This document shows, piece after piece, positions 1 through 14,815 of a DNA stretch of 64,000 bases (positions are counted from its first letter, which is position 1; every line of letters starts with the position of its first letter). The notes below the pieces were generated by a model. That model made no database searches. It worked only from the letters and a program-made list of their open reading frames with translations, and was not told where the DNA came from. The stretch lies in the NCBI RefSeq assembly GCF_009914755.1, contig NC_060942.1. One strand, 5' to 3'. Origin of the DNA: the human T2T-CHM13v2.0 reference genome, Homo sapiens. A program made the position numbers and the translations under genes.

Positions 1-679
1 TTTTCCAAAAACTCATGATATTGTCCCATTTTCTTTCTTCCAAAGCCATGATTATCTTGAAGTCTGAGTTAACACAGCTGTCTTTCATTACGTTCAGGGC
101 GCAGACATCACTCACCCACCCTTCCCCCCAGGTCAGCTCTGACCCTGAAGAGCTCTTTCCTGGTTCAAAGGGAGCCTTTGCTGAGCCTGGCCACATTTAC
201 CTGGTCCCCCATCCATATAATTGAAAAATGCCATAAAAGTCAAAATAAGGGGCTGATTTCATGTAGGAACAGGAGAATTATGCCAGTTCATCTACATTAT
301 TTTTTCTCTTTTGGAGATAAGCCATGGTTGCTGACTTTTCCTATAATAATAACCTTTCATTATTCCATTGAGCTTTCTACCATTTACATCACTGAGGTTT
401 TTTATTTTTGCCCTGTTGTGATCATTTAAGATGAATGTTTCAGCTTTATCCTAGATGCGTTTGAGACAAGGCACTGTCCAATTGAGGAAATCTCCCAATC
501 TCAGTTGAGGAAAACAATGGTGGAAAAATCCCTCTCAGCTTGGTACTATGAAAAAAATGACTGGGTTTGGGTCTGGCTAGTTAAATGATCTTGCCAATGT
601 TTTTTTTTTTTTTTTTCTTTTCTTTTTGCCACTCCTGAGTCTTAGTGTCTTTATCTGTAAAGAAAAGCTACCATTAAAT

Positions 680-851
680 CAGTGGTTCTTGAACAGGCAA
701 CCCTTGAGGATTTCCTGGGGAATTTAATAGAGCCTGGGCCCCACCCCAGAAATTTGGATTAAATCCATCTGGGTAAGGTCCTGCTTTCTGGTCCTTCTTA
801 AAGCTCTCCAGATGATTCTAATGTGAAGGAGTCTGGGGTGAGAACCGTCTG
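680..851. mobile_element. MER5A-like hAT-Charlie MITE
   Basis: Ends cagtggttctt...gagaaccgtctg; internal cctgggccccaccccaga and agctctccagatgattctaatgtg are typical of MER5A. Confidence 0.65.
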
Positions 852-1680
852 AGCTCTTCAGAATCACCTGCTTCTGAGCTTGAGAAACAGGGCCTCCCGC
901 TAGAGATTCCTAATCAGGAGGGCCGTAGTGGGGCTAACAAGTTCCTAGGCAATGCCCTTGCTGCCAGTCTCTGTTGGCTGATAGGTCTGGAGACTTCTGT
1001 CTGAGAACCACCGGATGAGATGACCCCTGAAGTTTCTTCCATGTCCTGCCTTCTGTGATCAGGTCTGCAAGCCAGCCAAGGCGGTCCTTTCGAGGGATTG
1101 CGTGGCTGCTCCAGGTTAATGGCCAACCCTGCACCCTGCTTCCATGCTTGTCCTACAGGCAGCACAACTACTGGAGGTTGGATAAACTGCTTCCTGTGGT
1201 TCTCAGCCCTTGCAAGAGCCTTTTCTGTAATCTCTGTCCCAAGGGCTATCTTTGGAACACATTAGTGGCTTTGAGTTCCTCACCTGATAGTCTTTGCTGC
1301 AATCAAATGTTTCCTGCAGTAGAAAACCAGCAAGCTTCTCCGTGGCCAGTCCCTTGGGACCGTGGGGGAGTAGAGCCTGGTGTTTCTTGAAGAATGAAAA
1401 ACAAGGCACTGTAAATATTTCTGGCAGTGAGGAGATTCATTTGCCTTATCTTTATTAGATTGCCCAGAAGGCAGCAATAACTGGTGTTTGGCAAAGGACA
1501 ATGTTAGGACTGGTTGTAAAATTCTTTTGGCAACAGTTGATATGCTTCATTTGAATACAGCAGAGCAATCTGTAGGGTCCATTCTGGCTTTAAAGGCTTG
1601 TACATAGTTTTAGCAGCACAGCTGGGATGGAAGGTGGACAGGGACAGTATTTGAAGTATTTTTGTTTTCTTTCCTGCCAG

Positions 1681-1786
1681 GATGACAAGGATTTGGTGCA
1701 TGAATTTGTAGTGGCTGAAGGTCTGACATGTTTGATCAAGGTGGGAGCTGAGGCTGATCAGAACTATCAGAACTACATCTTAAGGG
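1681..1786 (+). CDS. FHOD3: Internal coding exon of formin FHOD3 (N-terminal GBD/FH3 region), 106 nt, phase 0 in, phase 1 out
   Basis: Acceptor tttgttttctttcctgccAG ends at 1680 and donor GGG|GTAAGT starts at 1787. It translates as [35 protein letters not shown] plus 1 nt, which matches the FHOD3 sequence as I recall it (paralog FHOD1 reads [35 protein letters not shown]). Too short to appear in the ORF track. Confidence 0.95.
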
Positions 1787-2468
1787 GTAAGTCATGACTG
1801 GGCATGCAGCAGCTGCCCCAGCTGCAGGGGGGATCTGGGTTCACCTTCAGGAACTTAACTACTGAGAGCTTTTTAAAAGACTTCGATTTGAGAGTAAGGT
1901 GGTAAAGACACCCTATGGCAAAAAAACATCTGCATCAGGTTTTACCAGTTCCTAGTAATTAGCAACTGTGCTAATTTTTACTGACTTTCACCTGGAGTTA
2001 TTTTACACGCTTACTAGGAAAACTGTACCACTCACTGGGTTCTTTATAATCTGTCTTATTTGTCCAGGAAGGAGACATACTAAATGGGCTTGGGTAAAGC
2101 CTGCATCTCAGCAGAAAGCCACCCCAAACCAAAGGGGGCAATTTATTTCTTGGAAAAAAACATTTTCTCCCAATTTGAGTTATCACCTGGGGCTTTTGTC
2201 AAAGTGCATATTTTTCACCTTGTCTTCCTGTTTCTGATTCGATAGTTTTGAGCGGGTCCGGGATTTGCCTTTTAAAGAGCGATTCTGATTTCATTTATAA
2301 AGCGATGCAAATGTAGAGTTTGAAGCACTGATTCCTGTTCCAGTTTATAGTTAATGGTGTTTTTATAGTCATAGGTTTTTTTGTGCACCTTCATATAAAT
2401 TTCATTTGATCCTGTAAAAAAAAAAAAAAAACAAATAACAAACCTGTGCATAGGCAGGGCAGGAATGA

Positions 2469-2546
2469 TTAGGTTGAACCGTATGAAATTGCTGCTATCA
2501 ACAGTTTTGACCTACAAAAGAAGAAATTTTATATCGTCCAATATTA
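2469..2546. mobile_element. MADE2 (Mariner-derived ~80-bp MITE), apparently inserted in a MIR
   Basis: ttaggttgaaccgtatgaaattgc...ttttgacctacaaaa... resembles the MADE2 consensus. MIR-like sequence lies on both sides (cattttccagttgaagaaaattgagactca). Confidence 0.65.
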
Positions 2547-3089
2547 TCTACATTTTCCAGTTGAAGAAAATTGAGACTCAAAGAAGTCATTAAATAATAA
2601 AGTCAATTCCCATAGTGTGCCAGGCAGCAGCTGTGCCCAGGCACTGAGGCATGTCAGGCGGGTCAGTGTTCTGCCATCCCCTCTGTATCTATGCCTGTGA
2701 CCCCACAGACTGCATGTTCAGCGCTTGTAGGAGAAAATAAAACTACCAAAACCTTCCTTTCTTTTCTTCTTGGGTGAAGGAAGAATGAAAATCATACATG
2801 AAAAGTATGATTTAATATCAGATGTCTGTGTTTGGAGTTGAATGAGACAAGCAAACTGACACAGTCATCTCAGCTGTTTTGTTTTGCCCCGAGAATGCTT
2901 CCTTATGTTCTGTGGCGTTTTCCAGCCAATCAGAGCCTTCATCCCTCTTTCCCCTCTTCTGTAGAGCCACTGCAATTAAAAGCAACAGAGAGAACGTAGG
3001 GCTCATTAAAAAAAAATTAAGGTTGTCTTTTCAAGTCAGTGTTGTTTTGTTCATTTTGATAAACGGCAAATGTGTGTGAGAGTTCCTGA

Positions 3090-3559
<470 letters not shown>

Positions 3560-4436
3560 TCTATTCTTAATAATATAAACATTTATATCAAAGCTGTTGT
3601 GCCATGTTGCATCTAATCGCAGCCGTCTGTGTGTCTAAAGAGATGAGTGCAGGCCTGGATTCTCACTCTTGTGTGTCTGTTCACTTTGGTCTAACACCTA
3701 GACAGGAGGAAGGTGCAGAGATAAGGGTGGGAGAGCTTCCTCTAGTTTATTTTCCGGGTATAATATGGATGCCCATATGTTGAACCACAGGTAATCACCT
3801 AATTCTGAATAGTGGGTCCACACTGACAATATATTTTTTGTTCATGTTTAAAGTGTACATCATTTTAACATTACCAAAAAATAAGTTATCCCCAACACAC
3901 AGAGACACACCTCTAGAGAGCTAATATTATAACCATCTTCTGTTTATCCTCATTCTTCTGACCCTTACCTAGGAGCACATTTGTGTATTTCTATTGCATC
4001 AGCGCAATAGTTTACCTCCAAGCCCAGGCGAGGGGCACAACTCTGCCCGCTGTGGTCAGAACTCACCCATTCCCTAGACCTCACGTGGATTAGAACTGGA
4101 TTACATGACCCCCTGTAGCTGCACGGGAGGCTGGCAGAGCGAGTGCCTTCCTAGACTCCACAGGGGAGGCAACAGAGAGAAAGGCTTGGGCTTGAGGTTA
4201 TGAGTCCCAGCTGCATAGAGGGAGTTCGGAAAGAAAACTCAGCACAGCTGAGAAAGCCTTTTCTGGTGAGCCACAGTGAGGCCCCTCCCACCAGCGGCCT
4301 GCAGGCTTTTGAGGGAATCCTTGTGCATGGGCAGGTTAAACACAGGTCCTGGTGGTGAGGGGTATGAATTGTACTTGCTGGCAATGGGAGATGATGTTGA
4401 TACAGGGAACTTCATCCACATCCTCTACCTTAGTGA

Positions 4437-4767
<331 letters not shown>

Positions 4768-5849
4768 ACAGCCATTTATTTTGCAGTGTTCTGACCTGAA
4801 TCAGAAAGGTGCCAGAGGCAATTCCCGAATGTTTAAGTCTCAGAACACTCATGACCAGGGGAGAGCCCGTCAACCACCTGCTGCTTCTGTTTTCTAGCTT
4901 TTCTGCCTGCCCTTCTATGACATGCCAAGAAGGTGAGGCCCTAGCTGCAGATAGGTCTTCCAAAATGTGAGGAGACCCTATATTTCCATTGCCACCACCA
5001 AAGCCTTGCCTTCATATTTTCCTTTCTAATAGTGTCCCTTTACTGGCGACCAGAAGGCTCCCCATGCATTATCTGAAAGACGAGCACTCCACTCAGGCTA
5101 CTGCAAGACATCCTTCTTTCCACAGAACAGAGGTGCCTTTGCATGCCTATGTCTCAGAAGACTTGGTCACCAGGGCACTGTGCCCAATTGTCACCACATT
5201 TTGATGTAACCAACCAAAGCTCATACCAGGAAAGTAACTTCTGAGGGATGGAAATGACACATTTCTTGGGACGTGACATTTGCGTTTTCCTGCAGGGAAG
5301 CTATGATTTTCCTTAGTTCATACATGGAGTCACTCCTTTGTGACTTTGAACAATTTCTCACGTAGGCTTTTTTTTAAGGTTCTGATAACTGCTGGCAGCC
5401 ACTGGACATTTGCGATCAAGAACAACCTTTGAATTACCTCTTTATTTGTCCACCCATGTTTTAACTGTGCTGTCTTCGGTGGGGACTGGTGAGGGCAGAT
5501 GCAGATCAAGAGAAGAGGCTGGGAAAAGTTTTGCAGTTATTTTATTCACAGTTCCCTGAGGAGAAGACACAGCACCCATGCAGGGCCACTCAGGAAGCAC
5601 AGAGGTCGGCCATGAGGTGGGGGGAGAGGCAGACTGTGGGCAAACACCTGCATTGTGGCTTCCAAGGGACAGGCAAGCCAGCTGAGGATTGGCCCCGAAG
5701 CTCAGAGTGGCTCTGGAGTGGCGAGGGCCTGTGTATAGTAGCCCAAGGTGTGAGAGCCCCGTGTGGGAGAAGGTTGGGGTGTAGACTTAATGGGCTGCTG
5801 GAGAAGACGAACTGGCTGGTCGCTAGCCAGGGCCTCAAAACTGGGTTAA

Positions 5850-6001
5850 GCTGGACACAGTGGCACATGCCTGTCATCTCCGCTACTTGGAGGCTGAGGC
5901 CGGAGGATCACTTGAGCCTAGGAATTTGAGGTTACAGTGAGCTATATTTGCACCACTGCACTCCAGCCTGATTAACAGAGCAAGACCCTGTTTTTAAAAA
6001 A
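5850..6001 (+). mobile_element. Alu monomer (FRAM/FAM-like)
   Basis: Single arm ctggacacagtggcacatgcctgt...gcaagaccctg with a short A tail. Confidence 0.8.
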
Positions 6002-9000
6002 GCTGTGTCAAGATAGCATTTTAAAAAATGATATTGCAAACCGTAAGTTGGGTTAATTGTCCTAGTGTCTTGAGAAGTGTGCCCTCATGAAGCCACCTGA
6101 GGAGCTCTGCTCTGTGTGGCTACATGGGAGTCCTACAGCCCCAGGGGAAACAAAAGCATGTGGAGAATCCAGGACTTTCCCAGATCTGCTTTTAGAACTC
6201 TTTATTTGTCTTTATTTGCATACACAGCCCCCTCTCAGCATTTTTTTTTTTTAAGGCCCAGGAATCCGCTGCTTTCCTTTGAGGATGTGTCTGCTGAGAG
6301 GTAGAGATAGGTTTAGTTACAGTGTAGGCAAGTGCTGTCCAAAGCTGTGAGCAGGCTGCTGGGAAGAAGTCTTAACTGTACAACGTGGAGGAATAATATT
6401 TATCTGACTTATTATTCCTGGGTGGTTGTAGCTAATGATCTAAAGTTTTTTTGGGATAGCCAGTATTTAATTTAAGTGTACTGTGAAATTTTGTACCTCA
6501 CAATTATTCTTATAGAAGGAGGACCTAGAGTGGTATATTGCTGGGAACTTAAACTTTCTGCACACATTACTGAGCCTTCTCTATGGGCCATGCACCATGT
6601 CAGGCCCTGGGGTTGTGACGATGGAACCAAGATTCACACTGTCTTGAAGCAGGTCCCTGTGGGGTCCCCTGCATGGCATGTTTTATATGCTGAATTGCAT
6701 GTGTCTTGTATGTTTGGAAATTGCACATATGTACTGTGCTTTGGAGGAGAAAAGAGAGAGAGAGATAAATAGAAACAGTAAGACCAGCTACCCTTTCTGG
6801 CTGTAACTCAAGAGAAACTGCCTCTTCGGGCTAGCTTTACATGGAGAAATTTAATTTGGTCATTTCATCTAAACCAAAATACCAATTAATCATAAAACGC
6901 CTCAGTCGGTATCAGTTATTTTAAAAGCTGGATAAGATCTTAAAACGCATTTAACTCAACCTTTTCATTTTAGAAGAAAACTGCAGATATATTTTGTTTG
7001 CCCTCATATATTGTTAAATGTTTTAATGGTTGTCAGCATTTAAAAATTGGGAGATTTGATATTTTTTTAAAAATGCAGATTTCAGGCTTCTTTGGAAAAA
7101 CTGTCCCAGAGTTGACTATAGTCCACTATAGGAAAAAATCCTCAAATGCCATTCATATTAGGGGATCCCTTAATGAGAATCAGGATGTATGGTCAGATGG
7201 TGTTTGTTGGCATTGATGGTACCAGAAATGGAAATATCATAGATATCATGGAAAGAGATTTTATGATGTTAGAAGGCAGTGGCACAAAATGATCAAGTGG
7301 TAATTAAACTAACATCCTCCTTGTCAGAAAAACTGAAGTTTATATTTTGGCACTTTATAAAATGCCAAAAAGAGCAGAGGTTGGGTTCAGACTACAGGGA
7401 AGGCACCAAACTAGCCCCAAGGTGAGGAAATGGGAGCAAAGGGGAAGAATTTCTTGCTTCCTGAACTAAGGTTAGGTCTTTGGCTACTGTATTTTCCACG
7501 GAACAACCTAGCCTGACTCTCTGCAACCTCATGACACTGGTCCTGTGTCCCATGCAGCTGGCTTGGAGGAAGCTCTTTCCTGCCTCTTGCCAGGAGGGTT
7601 TTCTGCTTTGGGTCTGGACTTCAGAGATTATCATGGTAGCTGTACAGCTAGGCTTTGATGTGGATGACCCAGGAGTCTTGGAGGTGTCTTCAGCTCCAGG
7701 TGGGTTGAGGCCAGTGTTAAGAATGGAGTCCTTCCTCATTTGATGTCTCTCCTCTTGCTGAGTGGTACAACAGGACTATTTCCAATAAAAAATCACTGCA
7801 GCGTAAGCAGACTGGCAGCCTGTGGGGCTGAATGGAACCTGCAGGTGTTTTGTGTGCCCTATCTAACAGGTTTAAAGGTTGTGAATTATGAACATTTAAA
7901 AACTTGGAGATTTGGCATAAAAATACAGCTTTCTGGCTTTTCTTGAAGTACTGAAAACTTAAGCCGACCCAGGCCCTGTGGGATGTGGACTGGGGAGGGC
8001 TGGAGAAAGTGGCCCTTGAAGCAGAAAGATGCAATCACCACGTGGTGTTTGCTTTTTCTTCCTCCTGTAGTTGAAACCTCTGCTTTAGGTGTCTTGGGGC
8101 CCTGGCTGGGTCTGACCTCCATCTGGCCTCTCTTTCACGTCTCCTTGGCATGCTGTTAGGGATGTGGCCTCCAGGGTGAACCAGCCACACTGCCCAGGAG
8201 TATGGTCAGGGGCAGGGAAGCTGCAGCCTGTAACTCCCTGGGAGGGGAAGGGAGGCCAAGTCACCCTGTTGCTGTTGATATGTCATGACACATGCTTCCC
8301 TGGAGTGTTCTGCATGTCCCGTCTGTGGCTCCTCTTGCCACCCACTGTCACTGTGCATCAGGCCTGCACCCTCTTAAGAAACTGGGCCAGAGAGTAGCTG
8401 AGACCTGCACTTGTGTCCTCCTCTTTCCAGCCTGTATGGGTGCAGAGGACCCCAAATGGACTTAAATTGGACAGTTCATAGCTCTCCCCTGGCCTGCCAG
8501 GCCACAGGATACTGTGTCCTTGTCTTGCTTTTCTGCCTGACTTTCTGCAGTGCTGCATTTCTCACAGGAGGGAGCTGGGTGCTGGCCCCACTGTTCCTCC
8601 TGGGTTAGCTGCCGTCTTTCTGGTGTTTCTGGATGGATCTGCCAAGGTCAGTGGGGTGTGGTTGGCCTACCCCTAGTCTCAGGGCTCGGGGACTCTCTTG
8701 TCCATGTCTCATTGGTCATTTGGGTAGATTTGGAGGAGGGTGGTTTGGAGGCTCCTCGCTGTGCTTCTTCTGCAAGTGCTGAATGATCTGAGTCATCATT
8801 GCTGTGGTCTGTGGCCTGATGGCTGTCAGCCCCCAGCACTGTGTGCAGGAGCACCATGGGTCAAGTGGGCAAGGAGCTCCTGCCAGGGGAAGCAAGGCAA
8901 GGCCAGGGCCAGATCCTGACCTTTGGTGGGACAAAGTGTCCTTTGTACACCCTCTGTTCTGAGGTAAGAGAGGGAAGCTGGGCTACTCCATGGGTGGGGC

Positions 9001-9206
9001 AAGCAGCATCCACGACCCTGAGCCCTTTACCTCATTGGGCAGCAAGTGCGATATTTGCCATCAGCTTCTAACTCTACCTAAGCACTTTGGCTCTAAGGTT
9101 GATTTTGGTTTTCCCTCTTACTCTCTTCCAAGGTATTTTTTCCTGTGATTAGTGAATGCTTGTCTCTGGGTAACTTTAGTTTATGAAGAGTAAGGCTTTT
9201 CTTTCA

Positions 9207-9533
<327 letters not shown>

Positions 9534-9665
9534 TAAGTATAAGTTAATTATGAATATTGTTGAATATAGCAAGCATTCAGTTGTAACAGAAATACTTCAT
9601 GTAGAGCATCTTTCTAAAGAAAGACTAGGTAGCCCTGGCAAACATTATCTCCAGCTGGAGCATCA

Positions 9666-9745
9666 TTAGGCTGAACCATGTGAGGTTGCTGGTATTTGAC
9701 CACTTTTTACCTACAGAAAGGGCAAAATTGTATGGTTTAACTTAA
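9666..9745. mobile_element. MADE2 Mariner MITE
   Basis: ttaggctgaaccatgtg...tatggtttaacttaa with inverted ends, ~80 bp. Confidence 0.65.
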
Positions 9746-10599
9746 TATTAGTGTCCTAATTTCATCTTAATCTGACTCCTTCTTAGGTTGATTAGATGCT
9801 TCTTAAAGTTCATCCTGCATTCAATCTGGAATCACATTTTTCCAGAAATTCAGGCCACTTTGCAAACCAAAAAAAGCCCTGGCAATGTCCTGCAATCATG
9901 CCTCCGAGTGCTTCAGCTTAAAGAGCCATTGTTGTCTCAGTCTTGGCCAGAGAGATTTCTCCAGAATTTTAGTTTCTACTGGAAGTCTCTTTCTCCTTCC
10001 TTTTATCTGAGATGAGAAGGAAGAAAGAAAAAGTTATTTGGCCATTCCTACACAGAGAGTGTGGAATTTTCCACGACCAAATCTCACTTCTGTGTTCATC
10101 AGGAATTTTTCCACTTTATTCATACCAAAGATGTGCCTCCTCACTCTGTCCTTCTCTCCTTGCTCAGTAGACTTTTCCAGAGGAGCTGCTGGCTAGGTGT
10201 GCCTTGAAGCACAATCGTTATTTCCTTGGCTCTAATTTTATCTCACACATGGTCTTCTTTTACAAGGTTTCTATTTGTGAATCCAGCTTTATGATAGAAG
10301 AAAATGTCAACAGCAAGATTTAAACCTAGCCCCAAGCATGGATTAAAACTTTTTTTGTGGGTGGGGTGGTGGAGCTAAGACTTTCTGAGGAAATATCAGT
10401 TGGTGTGTTCATAGATTTCTGCATTTTGGAGGCTTGAGGGCTCTTGGTAGATTGGGCCAGCCTCTTGGCAGGGTACCACGCCTTTTCTAACCCTGTGATT
10501 TCCCCTGCCATTAATGTGCCCAAGACCTCCAGCCCTGGCTACTCTCCAATGCCTCAGGCCTGTGGAGCCAGCTGTGCCCTGGTATCTCCATCTCCATTG

Positions 10600-11330
10600 C
10601 ACCAGTATCTCCATCTCCATTGCACCATGCCCAAACCCAAAACCCATGTTTTTATACCCCAGTCAGTTCCTCCACAGCTCTGTTCATCATCCCAACAAAG
10701 CGTAATCATTCATCACATTCAATTCAGCCACCCTAGGGTCCTCCTAACCCCTTTCTCTCATTCATTCTTTGTAATCATCACCCACCAAATTAGGGCTTCT
10801 CTAAACCTTGACTCCCTTTCAAGTCCTTCCATCTCTGTCTATACCCAGTTTTTGAGTTCAGATCATCATTTGTTCCTTCCTAACCTGCTCTACCAGCTGC
10901 CTCATGGGTCTCTCTGCTTTTAGTCCTGCCTCCCTTTGGCCCATTTTGCCCTCTGTTGCATGGATTGACCATGCACCATGATCTGTTCTCCTTAGTCCTT
11001 GGTTCAGCTTCTTTAGTGGCTCCTCTCATCCTCAGGGTGAAATCCCAGGCCTTCTGTGTGGGTAGAGCCCACTTTGGTCCTGCCCTCGTGTGTCGGTGCA
11101 GTCCACTGCAGCCACTCCCTGACATCCCAGGGAGGGTGATGTTCTGTCCTGCAGACCTTGGCATCTGCCTACAAGGCCTCGCTCACCCATCTTCATCTGG
11201 TTCACACATTATCTTTTGCTTCCTGCTCATCCTTAGATTGGAGCTCAGATATTGTAATCTCCAGGAGATCTTCCCTGGTTCCCGAGTATTTTGGCCCTCT
11301 ATGCATACCCTGGTCTTGACTCACTGATAA
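10600..11330 (+). mobile_element. Degenerate L2 LINE 3' region (boundaries approximate)
   Basis: Pyrimidine-rich L2-like motifs (ctccatctccattgcacc, ctcatcctcagggtgaaatcccag, ccaggagatcttccctgg). Confidence 0.45.
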
Positions 11331-13250
11331 TAAATATTTGTGAACATACACTATGGACCAGGAACCCAAGGCTAATTCCCTGCACCATATTAGCCTTCGT
11401 GCATGTCAGGTTCCATCCTTGTTCTGTGAGATCCTTGAGAGCCAGGCATGTTTTAAGAGCTCAGTGAAAATGAGCTGACAGAAGGAATAGAAGAATGATA
11501 GACTATCTGCAGAGAAAGAGAAGTCACTACTTGTGAGAAAGCTGCTGATTTGTACTAGTAATTGGAGAGCCGGAATTTGCTTATTTGAAGCTTTAGTCCA
11601 CCTGCTCTTGTTTCTGAAGCAGTATAGCACAAGGTGATTTGGTTTTGGTACTTTTCAAAAAATGCCGATGTACTAAACTTTCTTTTTGATAATTTTACTA
11701 GTTCAGTAGGTGGATATATATCTACTAGGGTGTATATCTTGATTTTAAATAAGACATGATTTATACAGATAAAATACATGCAAATATGGATTATACTGTA
11801 CAGCCTGTTTTGTATGTGGAGGAATTATTTACCTGCCTCTGAAATAGATGGACTGTGGATTTCTTGGAGATGGGAGTAGTATCATCACAACCTTTGCAGC
11901 TGCACCAGCCTGCTCCTGAGTGCCTCATAAATATTCAACAAATAGTTGAGGAAGACAATTGAATGAATGCCTGGGAGAGGAGTCCCCAGAGCCATGCCAT
12001 GGCTGTGTTGATCTTGTTGAGTGTTTTATGGGTGATTCCGGGTAAGCACAAAGTTTATACCAAGAAATGTGTGTGCATGATCAGGAGATGTGAAATGAGA
12101 AGACAGCAATTATATGACACATGTTCAAGTGTGATGTGGAGGGCTTTTACTTGATTTGATTTTCAGTATCCTCACTATTTCAACCTCATTATCTTGTCGT
12201 CTTTGCTTTCTTTACCCTGCCTCTTCTATCCCTAGCTGCTTAAAACTGGACCTTTCCAAAACCACTCACATGGGAGTTTGGCCTGACTTGTTTCTGGAGC
12301 CAGTTCCCACAGGCAGCTAGTACTCCCTAGCCCCCCAACCACACTGGAGTCGTGTCTGCCATCAGTGCTGTCTGGGCCCCAGCGTTCCTTGAAACACTGC
12401 TGGGGCTGATGTTCCTAGAATTACAGCCCTCTTTTCTCCTTCCAGGTAACGTTGGCCTTGAGCTGGGCTTGAGTCTGCAAGGCTTAAGTGAGGGAAGAGG
12501 TTAAATGTCATTGGATAAATAAGGGGTTGCTTTTAGAGGAGGGGCAAAATTGTTGCCCTTAAAGTCAGATTAAAAGCAACGAGCAGGAGTTAAAAGACAG
12601 TGGTTTTTGACTGAAGACAAACTCCAAGAACAGAGTTGGAAAATTAGTTTATTTCTCTTGCCAACATAAATTGATCAGTGGTGCCTTTCTGGAGCAGTCT
12701 GCTGAGGATTCTGAGGCCACATCCAGCATCAGCAGGAAAGAGCGCCACAGCTGATTAGGGAAGTCTGTCAGTAGCTTCAGAGCTGAAGAGTTAGGGCAGG
12801 AATACTAGACATGATTTGGTTCTTCTGGAAAATACTAGGCACTTTCAGCATGTTTCTTGAGTTGATTTCAAACAGGTGTGTGGCAGTAAGGTTTCCAACA
12901 ACAGAATATATCACTTTGCACTGGAAATGCTGTAGCAGAGGCCAGATGATCTGTTGGGGCTGCTAGGCTTGGGGTCAGGTGGTACTGGATGACCTCTTAG
13001 ATCCCTTCCAGCTCTAAGATTCTGTGATTCTAAGTAAAATATAAAAAGCAGAAGGGATGAAAGCAGAGCTGTTTAACTTTCCCTCTTCTGCATGCTCCAT
13101 ATTAATTGCTGTAGGATTCCCAGGCTGTTACCAAGCACATGTTGTCTTCTTTCAGCTTCAAAGAAGGCTATCTGGTTACATGACATAGACCCCAGCCAAG
13201 TCATTGAAAACAATGGTGAACTATCTTTAGTCATTAAGAGGCTTGTATTC

Positions 13251-13560
13251 GGCTGGACATGGTGGCTTACACCTGTAATCCCAGCACTTTGGGAGGCCGA
13301 TGGCTGGCAGATCACTTGAGGTCAGGAGTTTGAGACCAGCCTGGCCAACATGGTGAAACCCCATTTCTACTAAAAATACAAAAATTAGCAGGGTGAGGTA
13401 GTGCATGCCTATAATCCCAGTTTCTCAGGAGGCTGAGGCAGGAGAATCGCTTGAATTCAGGAAGCGGAGGTTGCAGTGAACCGAGACTGTGCCACTGCAC
13501 TCTAGCCTGGGTGACAGAGTGAGGCTCTACCTCAAAAAAAAAAAAAAAAGAAAAGAAAAG
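13251..13560 (+). mobile_element. AluS (Sx/Sz-like)
   Basis: Full dimer with gaggtcaggagtttgagaccagcctggccaacatgg and an A-rich tail. Confidence 0.92.
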
Positions 13561-14266
13561 TTGATGCGGGTGACTAGCATTCATGTGATCTACGGAATTT
13601 TGAAGGATTGGCAGGGCTAGTGTTAGTTTATATTCAGGAATTCATATGTACATGGTGAGGCCAGGGGCGTAGGAGACAATGGTGAGCTTACTGCTTCTCC
13701 AGAGCCTGAGGACTGGAAGCCAGGAGGGCTCACAGAAACACCAGGGAGTTGGACTCATTGATCAAACCAAAGCAGGGCTGGCAAGGCAGACTGGTACCCG
13801 TGAGGAGAGTGCGCACAGGCAGCCCACCCTTGCTTTGCTGATTCACTGGCTTCCCTCATATCTACCCACATTCCCAACATGGTCCACACAGTTTCCATCC
13901 ATGTGTGCATCCTGCTGGTCCACGCCTGTCTTTCTATCTGTCTTTTCCCAGCTCTTCCAGATCTTAATCTGGAGGATTGAATAAACATCGATCTTTCCCC
14001 AAATCTAGATTTCGTTGCTTTTTGTCAGTTTGTAGGCCCTGATTTTTCTATGGTTGGGGGCTTCTAAATAAAGATCAGCTGACTGGTTCATTCAGTCATC
14101 ACCAAGTGCTACCTCATTGCTTTATGTGAGTCAGTCACTTTGGGGTCTGAGTAAAGGGTAGCAGAGAACAATGCAAACGAAACAATTAGAAATTGTGCCA
14201 TCAAGCCAAGAATAAAGTGCTAACAGGAGGGAATTTATAATATAGTAGGGGAAGTGACATAAATCC

Positions 14267-14815
14267 TGTGATAGGCAGAATTCTAAGGTGGCCCAGAAGA
14301 TTCTTTCCCCCAGTTTAGACCCTGTATAATCCCCTCCCCTTGAGTTTAGGCCAGACCTGTGAGTATAACGGATGTGTAAATATTATGGAACCATGATTAG
14401 GTTACATTGCAAAGGTGAAAGGGTTTTGCAGATGTAATTAAGGTCCCAAATCTTTGGATTTTGGAATCAGTCAGAGGGGAGATTATTCTAGGTAGGATGG
14501 GCCTAAATAGATGAATCCCTGAAAAGAAAGTCTAGAAGTCAAAGACTTCTGCTGACCTTGAAGAAGCAAGTTGCCATGAGTTCTACAGCTGCAAGGAAAT
14601 GAATTCTGCCAACAACCACATGAGCTTGGAAGAGGACCCCAAGCCTCAGATCAGACCACAACTGACACCTTGATTGCAGCCTGGTGAGACACCCCCAGCA
14701 GAAGACCCAGTCGGGCCATGCCTGGATTTCTGCACCATGGAAACTGTGAGATGATAAATGTATGTTGTTTTAAGCTGCCAAGCAATTTGTTATAGAGAGT
14801 TAGAAAATGAATATA
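14267..14815 (+). mobile_element. MaLR solo LTR (MLT1E/MLT1D-like)
   Basis: Starts TGTGataggcagaattctaaggtggccc; contains gcagatgtaattaaggtcccaaatc; ends gaaactgtgagatgataaatgtatgttgttttaagc...gaaaatgaatata. Confidence 0.8.

Noticed and set aside
5489-5929. 146-aa ORF upstream of an Alu monomer
   Set aside because: Runs through LTR-like and Alu sequence, has a non-ATG start, and shows no protein family resemblance.
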